A stretch of DNA of 53,278 nucleotides, filler included, from Sphacelaria rigidula (GCA_964200075.2; 4 parts of 4 records of this genome joined end to end with filler, not necessarily neighbours in it); one strand, 5' to 3'. Shown: positions 13,928 through 26,922, counted from the whole stretch's first letter. Notes: generated from the sequence alone by a model not told the origin. A program made the numbers and translations.

Positions 13928-14459
13928 CTGTCCCACATACGCCAGCTCGAACATCATGGGCACTTGCGAGTTCTTGAGGGCGAGGTTGCTACTCGCAATG
14001 GCGTCTACGATCGTGGTCATCATCTGCCCCGGAGTCACGTCTCCTAGCAGGACCCGGGCAGCGTCGCTGTATAGCATGGCTACTGTGACCTGCGCGTGCA
14101 CGTGTTTTCCCGTCATTGTTCGTTCACTGATGATCAGCATTTATCACCAACCATCATCACATTATTGTGGTCGTCATCGCCATCATCACCACCACCATCA
14201 TCATCATCATCATCATCATCGTCTTCCTCACTGTGATACGTGAGAGGACCGCGTGCTTAGAGGACCACATCGTGGCTCGGAACACCTCACGATCGATGTT
14301 TTCCAAAATCACTCGGGCCAGTCAGTCCCTGCAGGGACCACGCCCCTGACCCCAACCCCAACGCTAACCCTAACCCTAACGATAGGGATGTTCAAAGTTC
14401 AATGCGGCCCCTAAGCACGCGGTCCTCTCACGCATTACAATCATCACCATCGCCATCGC

Positions 14460-14507
<48 letters not shown>

Positions 14508-14522
14508 TATCATCATCATCAT

Positions 14523-14554
<32 letters not shown>

Positions 14555-17500
14555 TCACCAACAACATCAAACTCATCATCATGAATCATGACCATGTTTA
14601 AAAACACAAGAAGAATCAGGACAGGGGAAATAGCTCTAGCGAGAAGAAGAACGAGACACAACCACGAGAGCAACAAATGAAGCATCGTCTTCACCGCAGA
14701 CACGATGTGTATAGCCAAGAGCAGCACACACCGAAAGCGAATGCATGGACAAATGAGTGTTCTGCTTTATCGTAATGCATGTTACTCACGTCGAAATCCT
14801 GAAGCAGCACTCACAGCCAACTTAACATCTACTTCAAGTTCTAGAGCTCCAACAATCAGCACCCCCTCCCCCGTTCTATTGTCCATGTTTTCACCGTAAC
14901 GCAAAGACGCAGTTGTTCAATTTGGAATATTACGTCAGGTTACGTACCGTAACTTCTTCCTGCAAATTCCGAACAACGCCCGCGGGCGCCATAGAGTTCG
15001 ACCTTCCTCGGAGCCTACGACCGGCATCCGACGCGGTGATCGAGCTTGAGATCGTGGAGTTAGTCCCTTCATCCACGGGGTCGCTCTCCTCGAAAAGATC
15101 GAGCGAAACCTGTGGTTATTGACATTTTTGTAGACGATGGACGGGAATAAAGTAGGTGCAATATCCCAAACCGATACGCAAAAATACACAAATAATAATT
15201 GTCCCCTTTTGTGTTGAGCTTCAAGCAGAAAACACAGACAAAAAGCAAAAATGAGGGTTTCCTGCAAGTTGTGAGAGTCAATTTTGTGATGATGACCGAC
15301 TTTCGCCTGGACGTGCAGTGGTCGAGACGATTTCTGCATTGACGTTCTGGAAGCATCGCTGCTGTGGCTCACACTGGGCTGGGTTGTACTGCGTGAGAGG
15401 ACCGCGTGCTTAGAGGACCGCGCCGTAGTTCAAAATGTTAGATATCCACTGAGTCAACAGTCAGCGCTGACTGTTAGCTCAGTGGATATGTTGTACATCT
15501 AACACAAAAAAACCAGGATCGACGTTTTCAAAATCAATCGGGTCAGTCCCTGCAGGTATCACACCCCTGACGCTAACCCCAACACTAACCCTAACCCTAA
15601 CCATAGGGATGTTCAAATTCCGATGCGGTCCTCTAAGCACGCGGTCCTCTCACGCATTACAACGGTCCGTACAGTATATCACACCCGTTCACTCCAGGGC
15701 ACTGTGATGCGTGAGAGGACCGCGTGCTTAGGGGGCCGCATCGGAATTCCAACACCCCTATGGTCAGGGTTAGGGTGGGGTTTAGTGTTGGGGTTGCGGT
15801 CAGAAGCGTGGTCCCTGCAGGGACTGGCCCGATTGGTTTTTAAAACAGTCGATCCTGGGACGTTTTGGACTACGATGCGGTCCTCTAAGCACGCGGTCCT
15901 ATCACGCATTACAAAACGACCAAGTTTCAGGAACACACACACAGACACAAACGATTTGAGGATCGAGTACCTCCTGAAATGATGTGTCAAACACCATTGT
16001 CTCGACACCAACGGTGCTCAAGACGCCAAAAGGCAGTCGTATCAATCGTTGGCAAACATTACGTCGAGATCTGCCTACAGATACGACCCGCTGTTTCGAT
16101 GTCGTGCCCTTCTTCTGCTGCTGCTCGACAAGATCGAGTTCGGAATGTGGTATTTAAATATGCCGTATGAAGGTCTAGGTGCGATGAGTGAAGCGTAGTA
16201 GGTCTCTCGATAATAATCATAGGTACTACCGGGATTCGAGCGCAATACATGAACCCCACGAAGTCTCACGGCAAAAGTATGGGGTACTGCAGGCGAACGA
16301 TGAAGGCGCTCTTTTACATTGTGTTTTTCGGTGTGTGCAACCAACAATTGATGCCTCTCGACTTCCCCCGCACAAAGAGACTGACTCCCTCGAGGGACGG
16401 GCGGACATGGACACAGAAGCGTGTCGTTAGCGCTTTCTTTTCTTCAAAGAAGCAAAAGGCTGCTACCTTTTTTCGCCACCCGTGCAGTCACGGGTTCGCT
16501 GAATGGCTGATCCGGCACGATCTGTAAATGTCGGGTCCCACGTGTACCCACCCGTGTGGCCCCGTGTGTGCTCACAACGATCTTCCGACACGTGACCCTA
16601 GAATCCAAACATAACTTTTGAGCAATGGGTCCTGCGAACATTTCTCTTTATCTTACATTATATGGCTAGGTTTCAGGTGTGGGTGCCTTCTCGTCTGGTC
16701 TTGAGCAACCACGACGACACCGTTGTGCAAGTGCCCCATTGTCATCACCCTGTAATGCGTGAGAGGGCCGCGTGCTTAGAGGACCGCATCGGAATTTGAA
16801 CACCCCTATGGTTGGGGTTAGGGTTAGTGTCGGGGTTATGGTCAGGGGTGTGGTACCTGCAGGGACTGGCCCGATTGGTTTTGAAAAACATCGATCCTGC
16901 GGTGTTTCGAACTACGGCGCGGTCCTCTAAGCACGCGGTCCTCTCACGCACTACACCGTTTCCTGCAGGAAACAACCCTCGATGATGAAAAAACCCGAAA
17001 CATGAGCCCAACCTTACACCGACGGCCGAAAATCGAGCTTATATAATGGGTTGTCGATGTTCAAGTGGAAACATGAACTAAGGTCTTGTAGTCTAAGGTC
17101 GAGTCACTTCCCCTACCAGATAGGAGTCATACCTGCCAAATTGTATAGCCAAATTACTAGGACTGGCAATTTCCTTCCCTCTTCCCCTCCCTCTCTACAA
17201 AAAAAAGAAAGCAGCCGCCGGCCAAGTAAACAATCAAAAAGCCGATTCGACGCTAGGTCTCTTTTCGAAACCACATCACCCCGACGGCCCTTTCATATCG
17301 GTAAACCCGGCGCAATATCTGAGTATCTCCTCCGTTTTGTGCCAGCACTGCAGTTCGTAACAACATATCGTTCAATCCGGGATCTCAACCCTTCACCCAT
17401 GTGATGAGTCGTCTGACAATGGCTGTCGATTTTCATGATTTTTCCAGTGCTTTGCCTGGGGTCACGCCATCGGAGAGGGGACTTGATGAAGCAACAGAGA

Positions 17501-20500
17501 CGAGATCGTGGGATGGGCGATTGTTCTCGGCGAATTGGAATTTTTACTGGAATTGGCCAAGTGATTTTTTTCGGTGAGTTCTATTACCCGCGCTTACATG
17601 CCGCTGTAATAGACAAACAAGTAGATGTGTGCTGCCACTATAACCACCATGCCCTTGCGCTATTTCGATAAACGAATCGTGAACCCCGCAACGAAACGAA
17701 TGTACTCAAGACAAGAAAAAACTACCAAGCAGACAACATTTGTTCTACCTTGCTTCTGCTGTGAGTCTGAACTCTCAAACGCCTCCCCCTCCATCTCTCT
17801 CAGCGATCCTTAGATTAGTGGAGGGTGTTTGATTCCGCTGAAAATGACTTATGGGTGTGTCAGGTGACCTGTCATACTCGCGGTGCGCTCTTCTGGGAGA
17901 AGACGGCGACAAGCAGTATGAATGGGTGTTTATGTATCGGCAACCGCGCTCAAATAAGTGTTGCTGCTTCCCGACGGGAAATGCCCCCCCCCCCAATCGG
18001 ACGGTGACTCTTCTCTTCTACCCGCGACAGCTGAAAAACTAACGTCGGTGGGCACTCGGAATAAAAAGAGTAGATCCAAGGAAAGAAAAACGCACAATAT
18101 ATAATGATTGTTACTGCGTCTGCGTCGTGATCAAACGAGCACTGCTTCGTTGTAATAGAACAGCTCTACTCGAGTACGACATTACCTCCACCACGCAGAG
18201 ATCATCGGCTTCCCCTGCCTCGCAGGGAATAGACTTGAGGACCACCGTGGTGCCGTCGAGGAGCTGAGTGGTCTGTTTCCACAAGAATTTCTGCGCACGG
18301 GAGAAGGACAGGGGGGGCTAATATTCAGAAAGAATTCTCTCACATCACTTACGCATGTTCTGCGCATACAACGGGCATGCGTGCAAGGTCTCGTCGCGAC
18401 GCCGGGTAGATATACAGCCAATCAAATCTACGAATAAAAATTATGCACAGACACGTATGTATATACATGTACATATACATACAGTTTCCCCCCAGCTCCA
18501 TTGGCACAGCAGCAGGAAAATGATTAACATTTATTACTTATTTCCCCGTCATACATGAAGACGGGTGAACCGCTTCTCCGTATCACCGGATATATATACA
18601 AAAGTCCTTGCAGGATTCCTCGCAATTCTGGTCATCAACCGGACAAGACTGCAGATCGCAAATCGCAATAATAAGTGCACAACGTAATATTCTACTCTCA
18701 TAAATGTTTGACAATTTTTCTTGTTGTTATTCGTCACACAAGCGGGAACGGAACGGACGTCTCCTACTCACAACAGCAGTCATGACGAAAAATATATAAT
18801 AGGAGAGCACGCCCCCATAATCCATTCCAGAATTGTTCAGCCTGCGATTGGAACAAATGCTGTTGTCGTTCATGCTTCATTTATTTATTGACCGACAACA
18901 AAACAACGAGCTATACTACCCAGCCAACCACACACCTCAACATCACAGTCTTCACCCCACGACATGCTGATCGTGCTAGGCTCAGACTGGTTTACGCTTG
19001 GTTCCGGGTCCGTCACCACGCCTGTCCAGCTCTGAGGAATCGGGTCATGGGAACACACCAAAGGTGGTTGGGTCAGGGTTTGCATATGGGTGATTCGGGT
19101 GCACGTGCAGATGCAGGTGCGGGTGTGGGTGCAAGTGCGGGTGCCAGTACGGGTATAGAGCCATCCCACTGTAGGGTGTACGTGCAACTTTCTAACCGAA
19201 CCGGTTCTTCTGTGAGTGTGATCGATGTACACCGAGACAACTCTTTCCGTACGCATGGTGCGTTTTGGGTCCGGGTCCGGGTCCGGGTGCGAGTGCGAGT
19301 GCGGGTAGGGAATCATTTCGCGATAGGTAGGGTACGTGCGTGACTTGTTGACTGACACGTCGGGGTTCGTGGGCGTGCTCGATGCACAATGGCAAGCTTC
19401 TTTCTGCATGTTCATTGTAGCAGAATAAACATAACGCTAACAACACGCTCTTCACATGTCTCTGAACATTGACGTCAGAGTAATTCATTTCATCTTCATT
19501 TTTTTTCTACTGCCTTCGGCAATGTCTCAAATGGCTGTTCTCGGGGTACAAAGTCACCGAATACCCCCCCCTTCCCCTCTACTCTCCATATTGGGACGGC
19601 TCTTAAGTTCAGTATCCCAGCTACCTAGAGTCAATGCTTCAGCTACCCTCGTGTACTCGGCGTTGCGGAAACACTGGAAATCGAGGGCTTCTCCGGATAC
19701 GGTAACCTACGACGTTGACCGCCTTGTAAGGGAACAGTTGCTTGAGAGGAGCCACGGATTAGGAGATAACACATACATATATGAATTTTTGATCGCACGA
19801 TACTTTGGCCGAGAGCATGCCAACAGGGGACCGATTTGTTCGAGTTTTTCAAAGAGTAAATCGATTTGAGTCTTTCGCAGCGCGATCAGCTACGGAATCC
19901 GGTCGTGCTAACATCAAAGAAGCACCCACGGTAAGCACAAAGTCGGGAACAGAAATACTCGCTTCAAGAGCACTCTAGCGAAGAAGGTAGGACAAAACTG
20001 CCGGCGGGGTGATTCAGTAGCCGATGGGAAAACGCGATAAGCTGTAGATGCCGCACATGAACCGTATGTATGTGTACGATTTACACATATGCCAAATGCA
20101 TACAGACCCATTCACCCCTACAACCAAGAAACGTCCCAGGAGTGTTCTTCCACAGATACATGTTTCTCCAACATAAATATGGTCATCAGCGGAAACAACA
20201 CGCGGCGCTTACGTAGCGAGTGACTCCGTCCTCCAAGATCGCTCCGGGAACGCTGGAGAAAGATGTCTCATTGGCGGTGATGGTCTGCCCGTGAAGCAAA
20301 ACCAAGAACAAACATGGGACGGCGGTTGGCGGTGGGGGTTGGAACGGGGTACATGGAGAAAACAACAGTGCAGTGGTGCCTATGGCGGTGGCCAACAGCA
20401 AATTCCCCGCGCAAACAATGGAACAACAACAACGGCACGGCGGAATACGGAGAGGTGGGAGAGGCTGTGTATTTGTGTTTGTGTATGTAATATATGATAT

Positions 20501-21481
20501 TCCGTAGTAGTACATGGTTACAGCGACACAAGACAGCACAGATGAGCGACATCAACGTGTACATATGTCGTGTGTGTGGGGGAGTTACACTTCCTCGGAT
20601 GTTTTTGGAACTTCTCCGTGACTTCCACCAACACCCTGTGCCCTGGGGGGGACTTCGCCAGCATTCCGAAAACTTGCCGGTGGATATTTTCCGTAATTAC
20701 ACCACTATTATTCTCGAAACGGTAGGGGGAGGAGCGGGAGTATTTTCTTCATTCACACCGCGAGGAATGCTCGTCGATCTCGGATTACATATGCACGGAA
20801 AGTCACCACATACATCCCGTTTGTCCAAATAGTGTAACGCTAGTGGGCCAAACATGAGGAAGCGAGTAGAATAACCAAAGTTCCACGAGAGTCGGCGTTT
20901 TGCGGGAGTGCGTATCTACTGTAATACGCGATACCGAAATGTAAGGCGCGTATCGGAGGAGAGATTGAGGTGTGTCTCGAGACTATGGGTCTGTCCCGAG
21001 GAAGAAGCGAAGTCGAAACGTCTGACGAACATTCCGGAAAAACTGTATCCAAAGATGTGCGAAAACGAGGTGGGGGAAGGGGGGGAGGGATGACGAGTAG
21101 GTTTGGGTGAGCCCTCCAAGATTTTTGGGCGAGGTTAGCAACCTGGGTCTTGTCTTACGGTACAGGGAGGATGTCCCTGATCGCAATGTGGGAGAGTAAA
21201 CGAGAGGATTCCATCTTTCGGGTATCGTCAGCATCAGTCCTAGCGAAGCTCGACGACGTAGGGTTTTCATCTCAAACGAAACATTCGTATTCTCGACGTG
21301 TTGTGTGTGAGGAGCCACACAGTGGAGGAGGGCGGATGGGGGGGGGGGGGGAAGGAGGACCAAAAAACTAGAAGCATGAGGGAGGACCTCGGGAGGGACC
21401 ACGGGAGCGCCGGGANNNNNNNNNNTTTTCCTCTAAAACGATACTTTGGTTTGCGCGGGGGGTGGGGTGGGGGGGGCCACA

Positions 21482-21513
<32 letters not shown>

Positions 21514-24500
21514 CGATAGGCACAGAAATATCGAAGCTTATGTGAGCACTTCTGGACGGCCCACGGGATCGTCTGCAGTATCTACTGGCGAGCATGACGT
21601 TTACAATATGAAACCTAAGAAAAGTCGGCTACCGTCTGAAGGGAAAGTAGCAGAGCTGCCCAGGTTGCCACGTCATGATACTTTTGGGGGGCGTTTTCGT
21701 TGTGATGCATCTGAGGACCGCGTGCTTAGGGGATCACATCGTCGTTTAAAACACCTCAGGATCAACATTTTTCAAAACCAATCGGGGCAATCCCTGCAGG
21801 GATCACGCTTCTGACCCTGACCCCAACACAAACCCTAACCGTAGCCCTAACCATGTGGATATTTATATTTCGATGCGGTCCCCGAAGCACACAGTCCCCC
21901 CACGCATTACAACGTCCCCACTTGCGTCAAGGAAGAAGTGAGTAAAATACCCTTCAAGCACAATGCGGATACAATTCGATGAACGGTGAGGTGAAGCGGT
22001 TGCGATCATTCCAGCGGCGTTCGTTAGGCCACCGCCACGGAATGGAAATCGGGGTAGACACATCTCTACGTACTAAAACTTATTAGTCTAGAACGAGTCA
22101 CTGTTTTCTTGCATTTTGAAGGCAGAAACAAAGGCGAGGGAGACAGGTGGGGCGGACGGGCGATAGACACAAAAATCGTAGAAAACATGTCCGGTGCCAG
22201 CCCTGGCGCTCCTCTTAATTGACAGCTCACGAAGTCATGCAAAATATCTACTCGCCGTCATGATGTTCCTCTGCGTGTGTACGTGCTTCGCTGCGAGAGC
22301 AAGAAAAGAAAGACCAAAATGTTTACGCCCAACTCAGAACAAATCCATAAAAGGCGTCGGAGAACGTTCGCGGTTGTTCTCGAGGTGTCCAGGGGAAGGA
22401 AAAGTGGGGGGGGGGGGGGGGGGGCGTACTTACCTATTGCTCGCCTTAGTCGTTTTGCCATTAACCACGCGTCCCTTTCGAGACGGTGGTTGAGGGGAGG
22501 GGCTAAAGCAATGGAGTAGGACCCACTGTGGGTATATTTCCAACCCGCTGCAGGCTTTATATAAGATACCGGCCGACGCGCAGGGGAAGTGATGCCCCAG
22601 GCAGACGTCATCATGCGGGTCGTAACGGTTGGGTCGGTTTCTCCAATGGAAGAGGAGTGGTTGGAAAACAAAAACAAAGTATCATCACCTGGTTGGCCTG
22701 GATGTCGAACTTCAGCGCTGGAGCGTTCTCAGCCACCGGTAGGCTTTCGCATGACAGTCCTCCGAGCTGAATCGACCTTAATACTGTCGTTGTCACGGGC
22801 ATCGGTGCGGAAATCAAGAAGCGCATCAACGTACGCACTATATTACTGGGGTACGATCGTGACTTCAATCTGCAATGAATGCGGTTCGCATAACGTGATA
22901 CAGCGAAGTCACCACTTACTTGAAGCTCGCATTCGACCCGCGGAAACATGCGCGTTTAGTGAAGGAAAACATGGTAGTCAAACGTTCAATGGAGAGGACG
23001 AAAGCCAAATCGAATTTTCATTGTTTTATAGTTATAGTAAAATAGGTTGAGAAAATAGCGTTTTGACCTTATTGAATCATGGGTGGCGAGAGGGATACCT
23101 TGGGTAGACGCTTACAAACTCATTTTGCATTTCGACATTGTCAACGTCCGCCCAACTTGCTCGAGCTGCGCCACATTGTGGCCATAATAGCATGGGGTGT
23201 CAGATGTCGGGGAAGGGAAGTTGAACGTATTTTGCGGGAATATGGCCGTTCATTTCCCGACTACAAGTTGCCAACGTCCGCACGACTGGTCCTGATCTGA
23301 CCCGTACGGTGGGTAAAAGCAGTTGCGCAGTAAACGTTGCACAATTGGCCAGAGGGGTCTCATTTTGCAACTTGAACTCCTGTTAACAGCGGATTCTCGA
23401 AAACGGTGTTGAACGAAAAAAATGAGGTTCAACTCAAAAGTCGTGCTTTCCCTGACCTAAATTCATAACAAATGACTTTCATATGGACCACCTCATCCCT
23501 CCCCACCTCTCTAAAACTATTTCGGGGGATTTATAACCTCCCATTCCCCCAAGGGTATGTGCGAAAGCACATTTTTGCCTCGATTTCGGGGTGAAAAAAG
23601 GATGTTTTTTTGTCCCCAACATCGTGCTTTCGCACATACCCTTCGGGGGAACGGAAGGCTATAAGTCCCTCGAAATAGTTTTACGGAGGTCGGGAGGGAT
23701 GGGGTGGTCCATATGAAAGTCATTTGTCGCGGACTTAGGTAAGGGAAAGTACGGCTTTTGAGTTGAGCCTCATCTTTTTTTCAATCCCATTTTCGAGAAT
23801 CCACTGTTTGTTGGAAGAGTTCACCGAGTATGTAAAAGCGGCAGTCGACATACGATGCTAATATTACGCCCAAAATGACAAGCCCCTGACCGCCAATGAT
23901 ATCACAGTGTTGGTTATTTTCGGTACTTGCATTTGTGAATGTAACGTACGAGTAAGGGTTGTATCTGTAAGATGCGAGCTATTCCAGGTTATTGTTCAGT
24001 TCTCCGAGTCTCGGATGAACGGCAGCATCATCAGCCGCCGAGGAACTTCGCGTAGCCGACCTTTATTGTCGCGCTCATGGATATCCACTTTATTCTGCCT
24101 GCACCACCAAGTAACTCCGGGATCTAGTGAAGAGGCGTCTTCGAACAGTTCCCTTTGGATTGTTTTTCTTGTGCGTCATCGGTCTGACAAAGCGCCTCTT
24201 GACTTGAGGGAGCCTGCCACACAGCCCCAGCGTCCTCGTGCGCGGACCTGCCCTCCACTGTTTGTCGGTATCGTTGTACCGCTAGCCGCTTTGGCAGGTT
24301 CGCACGCACACAGCCAACCAATACATTGTCACAGGTCCTGAGCCTCGGTGAAGCTCACTTTTTCAAATAAGTGTGCGAAGCCGTTTGAGCCCCCGTACAT
24401 GAACACCACCCTAGTCTGATCGCAAGTTTCAAAAAGAAAAGAGTACGATAACGATTCAACAGATAAATGAGACATGGTTGGGCCGTAAAACGCTTGATTC

Positions 24501-24797
24501 TGCCCACCGGCGACGGTGTCCATGTCTCTCACCGGTGACCTGTTCATCCTCCTCAAGATCCTCCGTCACGTCGATCACCACGGCCGCCGGCACCTCAGAA
24601 CCGTCATCCGTATCATTATATATAGTGATACCCGCAAGCGGTACTGGTTCCTCAATCGGTACAAAATCGTCGTCTGCTTGCAAGCGGCGCCTTCCCATCA
24701 TCCCCGACCTTGACGTGTTGGCGCTCACTTCCGTGAGTCTGCATAGTACGGCAGTAACCGCTGCGATCAGAACCAGAATCGTGACGGTCCCCTTCAT
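13928..24797 (-). CDS. Secreted reprolysin-like / peptidyl-Asp-like zinc metallopeptidase precursor, 8 exons, 3'-partial (runs off contig)
   Basis: Phase-compatible GT-AG exons at 24797-24508 (signal peptide MKGTVTILVLIAAVTAVLC, RRRLQ), 24410-24359, 22766-22689, 20284-20213, 19031-18936 (SWTGVV), 18290-18186, 15109-14948 and 14089-13928. The last exon (VTVAMLYSDAAR...IVDAIASSNLALKNSQVPMMFELAYVGQ) resembles the first strand/helix of reprolysin-type catalytic domains. The HExxH motif is not in the contig, so the family call is an inference. Confidence 0.72.
14168..14582. repeat. (CAT)n microsatellite interrupted by MITE copy 1
   Basis: Long CAT/CAC runs on both sides of 14232-14439, inside a peptidase intron. 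Confidence 0.9.
14232..14439 (+). mobile_element. TGT...ACA MITE with internal (CTAACC)n, copy 1
   Basis: About 40-bp TIR TGT(A/G)ATGCGTGAGAGGACCGCGTGCTTAGAGGACC; internal ctaaccctaaccctaac; embedded in a CAT microsatellite. Confidence 0.88.
15385..15661 (+). mobile_element. TGT...ACA MITE copy 2 (contains nested 69-bp palindromic element)
   Basis: Same TIRs and (ctaacc)n core; flanks gggt / acgg. Confidence 0.9.
15436..15504. mobile_element. 69-bp palindromic mini-element TGTTAGAT...ATCTAACA with 5-bp TSD
   Basis: Flanked by caaaa on both sides (15431-15435, 15505-15509); central perfect palindrome aacagtcagcgctgactgtt; absent from the other MITE copies. Confidence 0.85.
15703..15913 (-). 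mobile_element. TGT...ACA MITE copy 3
   Basis: Same TIRs, reverse orientation (agggttagggtggggtttag). Confidence 0.88.
16751..16955 (-). mobile_element. TGT...ACA MITE copy 4
   Basis: Same TIRs, reverse orientation (gggttagggttag); flanks accc / ccgt. Confidence 0.9.
19100..19306. repeat. Degenerate hexamer repeats (gtgcgg/gtccgg/gtgcga) in two blocks
   Basis: gggtccgggtccgggtccgggtgcgagtgcgagtgcggg and related units; intronic. Confidence 0.75.
21701..21911 (+). mobile_element. TGT...ACA MITE copy 5 (more diverged)
   Basis: tgtgatgcatctgaggaccgcgtgcttagg ... cacgcattaca, with aaccctaaccgtagccctaacc core; flanks tcgt / acgt. Confidence 0.85.
23387..23806. mobile_element. Foldback MITE (hAT-like CAG...CTG ends) with about 185-bp inverted arms
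   Basis: cagcggattctcgaaaa...aagggtatgtgcgaaagcac pairs with gtgctttcgcacataccctt...ttttcgagaatccactg; no clean TSD. Confidence 0.82.
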
Positions 24798-26591
24798 GCT
24801 TCGCTCCCGTTTTCCCTCCCACTCCGCCTGGTACATTTTATCGTAGAGTTCGGGCTTGTTCTTCAGGATTGAAGGCGTGCTGGGTTAGAGTTAGAAAGTT
24901 CGAGCTAGCCGTCTTGTTTCATTAATATATTTGTGGACTGCAACGCCCAAGGTATGCAGTGTTATCGATCACGATATATATATATATATATATATATTGA
25001 GATTGAGAGGTTAACACTCAACTGAGGTTCACATGTGTTGCCCTTGTGAAGTCGGCATTTTGTTCACATCAAACGTTACGGCGTGACCCTGATTCTTAAC
25101 CCTGGCAGTCAAGGGTTACGAATCTGACGAGTTAGTCATTGGATGTATATTGTGAAGGCAATCAAACACCTATTATTTGCGTTTCTTCGGAATCGCGACG
25201 TATCAACACCGTACGCACGCATTCAGCGTAGTAATCAGGAGGGCCATTTTGGAATTCATGGCATCATGTCCGACGTGTCAGCATGATGACCTATCCAACG
25301 TATAGCGGCGCGTTGATGAGAGGAATGTCCCGATAGATAGTTGATACACTCGTTTTTTTTTTTATTCTTTGTTCAACAAAACGGATCGTTCCTACTGCTA
25401 CTCGTCAGTGTTTCGTCCACGAATGGAACACACGACAACAACAGCCGTCTTCCGATTAAAGGCTGATTCTCGATCATGGACTACACTCTAAATAATATCA
25501 CGAAAACCTCGTCGATCATAAAATTGGCACGTATCTGATTGATTGATTGATTGATTGATTGTCGCACTTTAACTGACCCCCCAGGGGTCAAGCCTTGGTC
25601 TCATGATTAGACGTACCTAACACTATATTCGTGAGATTCAGCGAGTAGTTTCAGACTCAGAGTCAGGATTTCAAACGGAAGAACTGTTTTCTTTGTGGTC
25701 AATTCTTATGCGAAACAGTTTGCGTCACTAATCAACCAACCCGAGCGATGAACGTTTTCATGGGCCTCCAATGTTGGTTGATTACTGACGCGAACTACTG
25801 TTTCGCATAAGAATCGACCACAAAGAAAACACTTCTTCGGTTTGAAATACTGACTCTTATTTCCTCGATTTGTGCCACATCGTGTACATCTTCTGTACTG
25901 CGGAAGAAGTGATCGACCCTCCCCCCCCAAGTGTCAACGTGACTTTCGTATCAGCCGGGATCGGTAGTGCGAGGCGATCCCGATCTGGCGCTGTTATGCG
26001 TAGTGATCTGGTTCTACTGCTCGACGGTAGTCCCTGGACATACTCTGGTGTGGTGTGTTCGTTAAAAAGAAAATGTTATACAGGCTGGTTCAGGGTGAAC
26101 GGTTGGAAATTATTCCTCCCCGGCAATTATACGCCGTTTTTTCGAGATAGATCCTGAAATATTGCATGCGGGTGCTCCGACATGGTTCAAAAAGCTAAAT
26201 GAATGGGTTCTTCCGATTTTGTCTGTTTTTTTCGCCAGATATCCGGGGTCCCAGGAAGCTGTGTCCTCCACGCTGTTTTTTCGAGCCAGACCCTGAAATT
26301 TTTACACACGGGTGCTCTGACATATTTCACAAAGCTGCATGAATGGGGTGTTCCTATTTTTTCGTTGGAGACACCGCCTCCTGGGACCCCGGGTATCAGG
26401 CGAAAGAAGCAAAAACCGGAGTGATGCTGCGATAGGGTCAGCACTTTTACGGCCTGAGATAAGAATTGTTAGGAACACTTTATCTCATCCAAAACACGAC
26501 TTTCGAAATAGGTGAGAGTACGCCAGGGTTTTTCTTCCAATTTGCTAGGGATATCCCTAATGAATTTGCAAACGGGGATATCCTCACCCAT

Positions 26592-26691
26592 NNNNNNNNN
26601 NNNNNNNNNNNNNNNNNNNNNNNNNNNNNNNNNNNTTAATTAATTAANNNNNNNNNNNNNNNNNNNNNNNNNNNNNNNNNNNNNNNNNNNN
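26592..26691. other. Artificial contig linker
   Basis: N44-TTAATTAATTAA-N44. Confidence 0.98.
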
Positions 26692-26922
26692 AGGTAAGCG
26701 GTTTCTGGAGGCGACATGTCTGTTTTCGCGTGCCCGTATCTCTCGAGTAACATGCCTTTTATCCGTTTTTTTCCGAGTCCCGGGTGCTAATGCCCCCCCC
26801 GAACAACGTGCGTGAAAAGTCTGGAGCGAAAACGGTCAAAATGGTGTGTTTGGCTGTTCTCGCGTTTCTGGCCATTTTCCGTACCTTTCTTAGGCAAAGA
26901 ACGAGAAGGTATACTTTTTCTA

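Noticed and set aside
14350-14380. True telomere
   Set aside because: Only 2-4 degenerate CCCTAA units, always inside the MITE.
14376-14727. Poly-Met / poly-Asp / poly-Ser / poly-His ORFs
   Set aside because: Translations of an intronic (CAT)n microsatellite.
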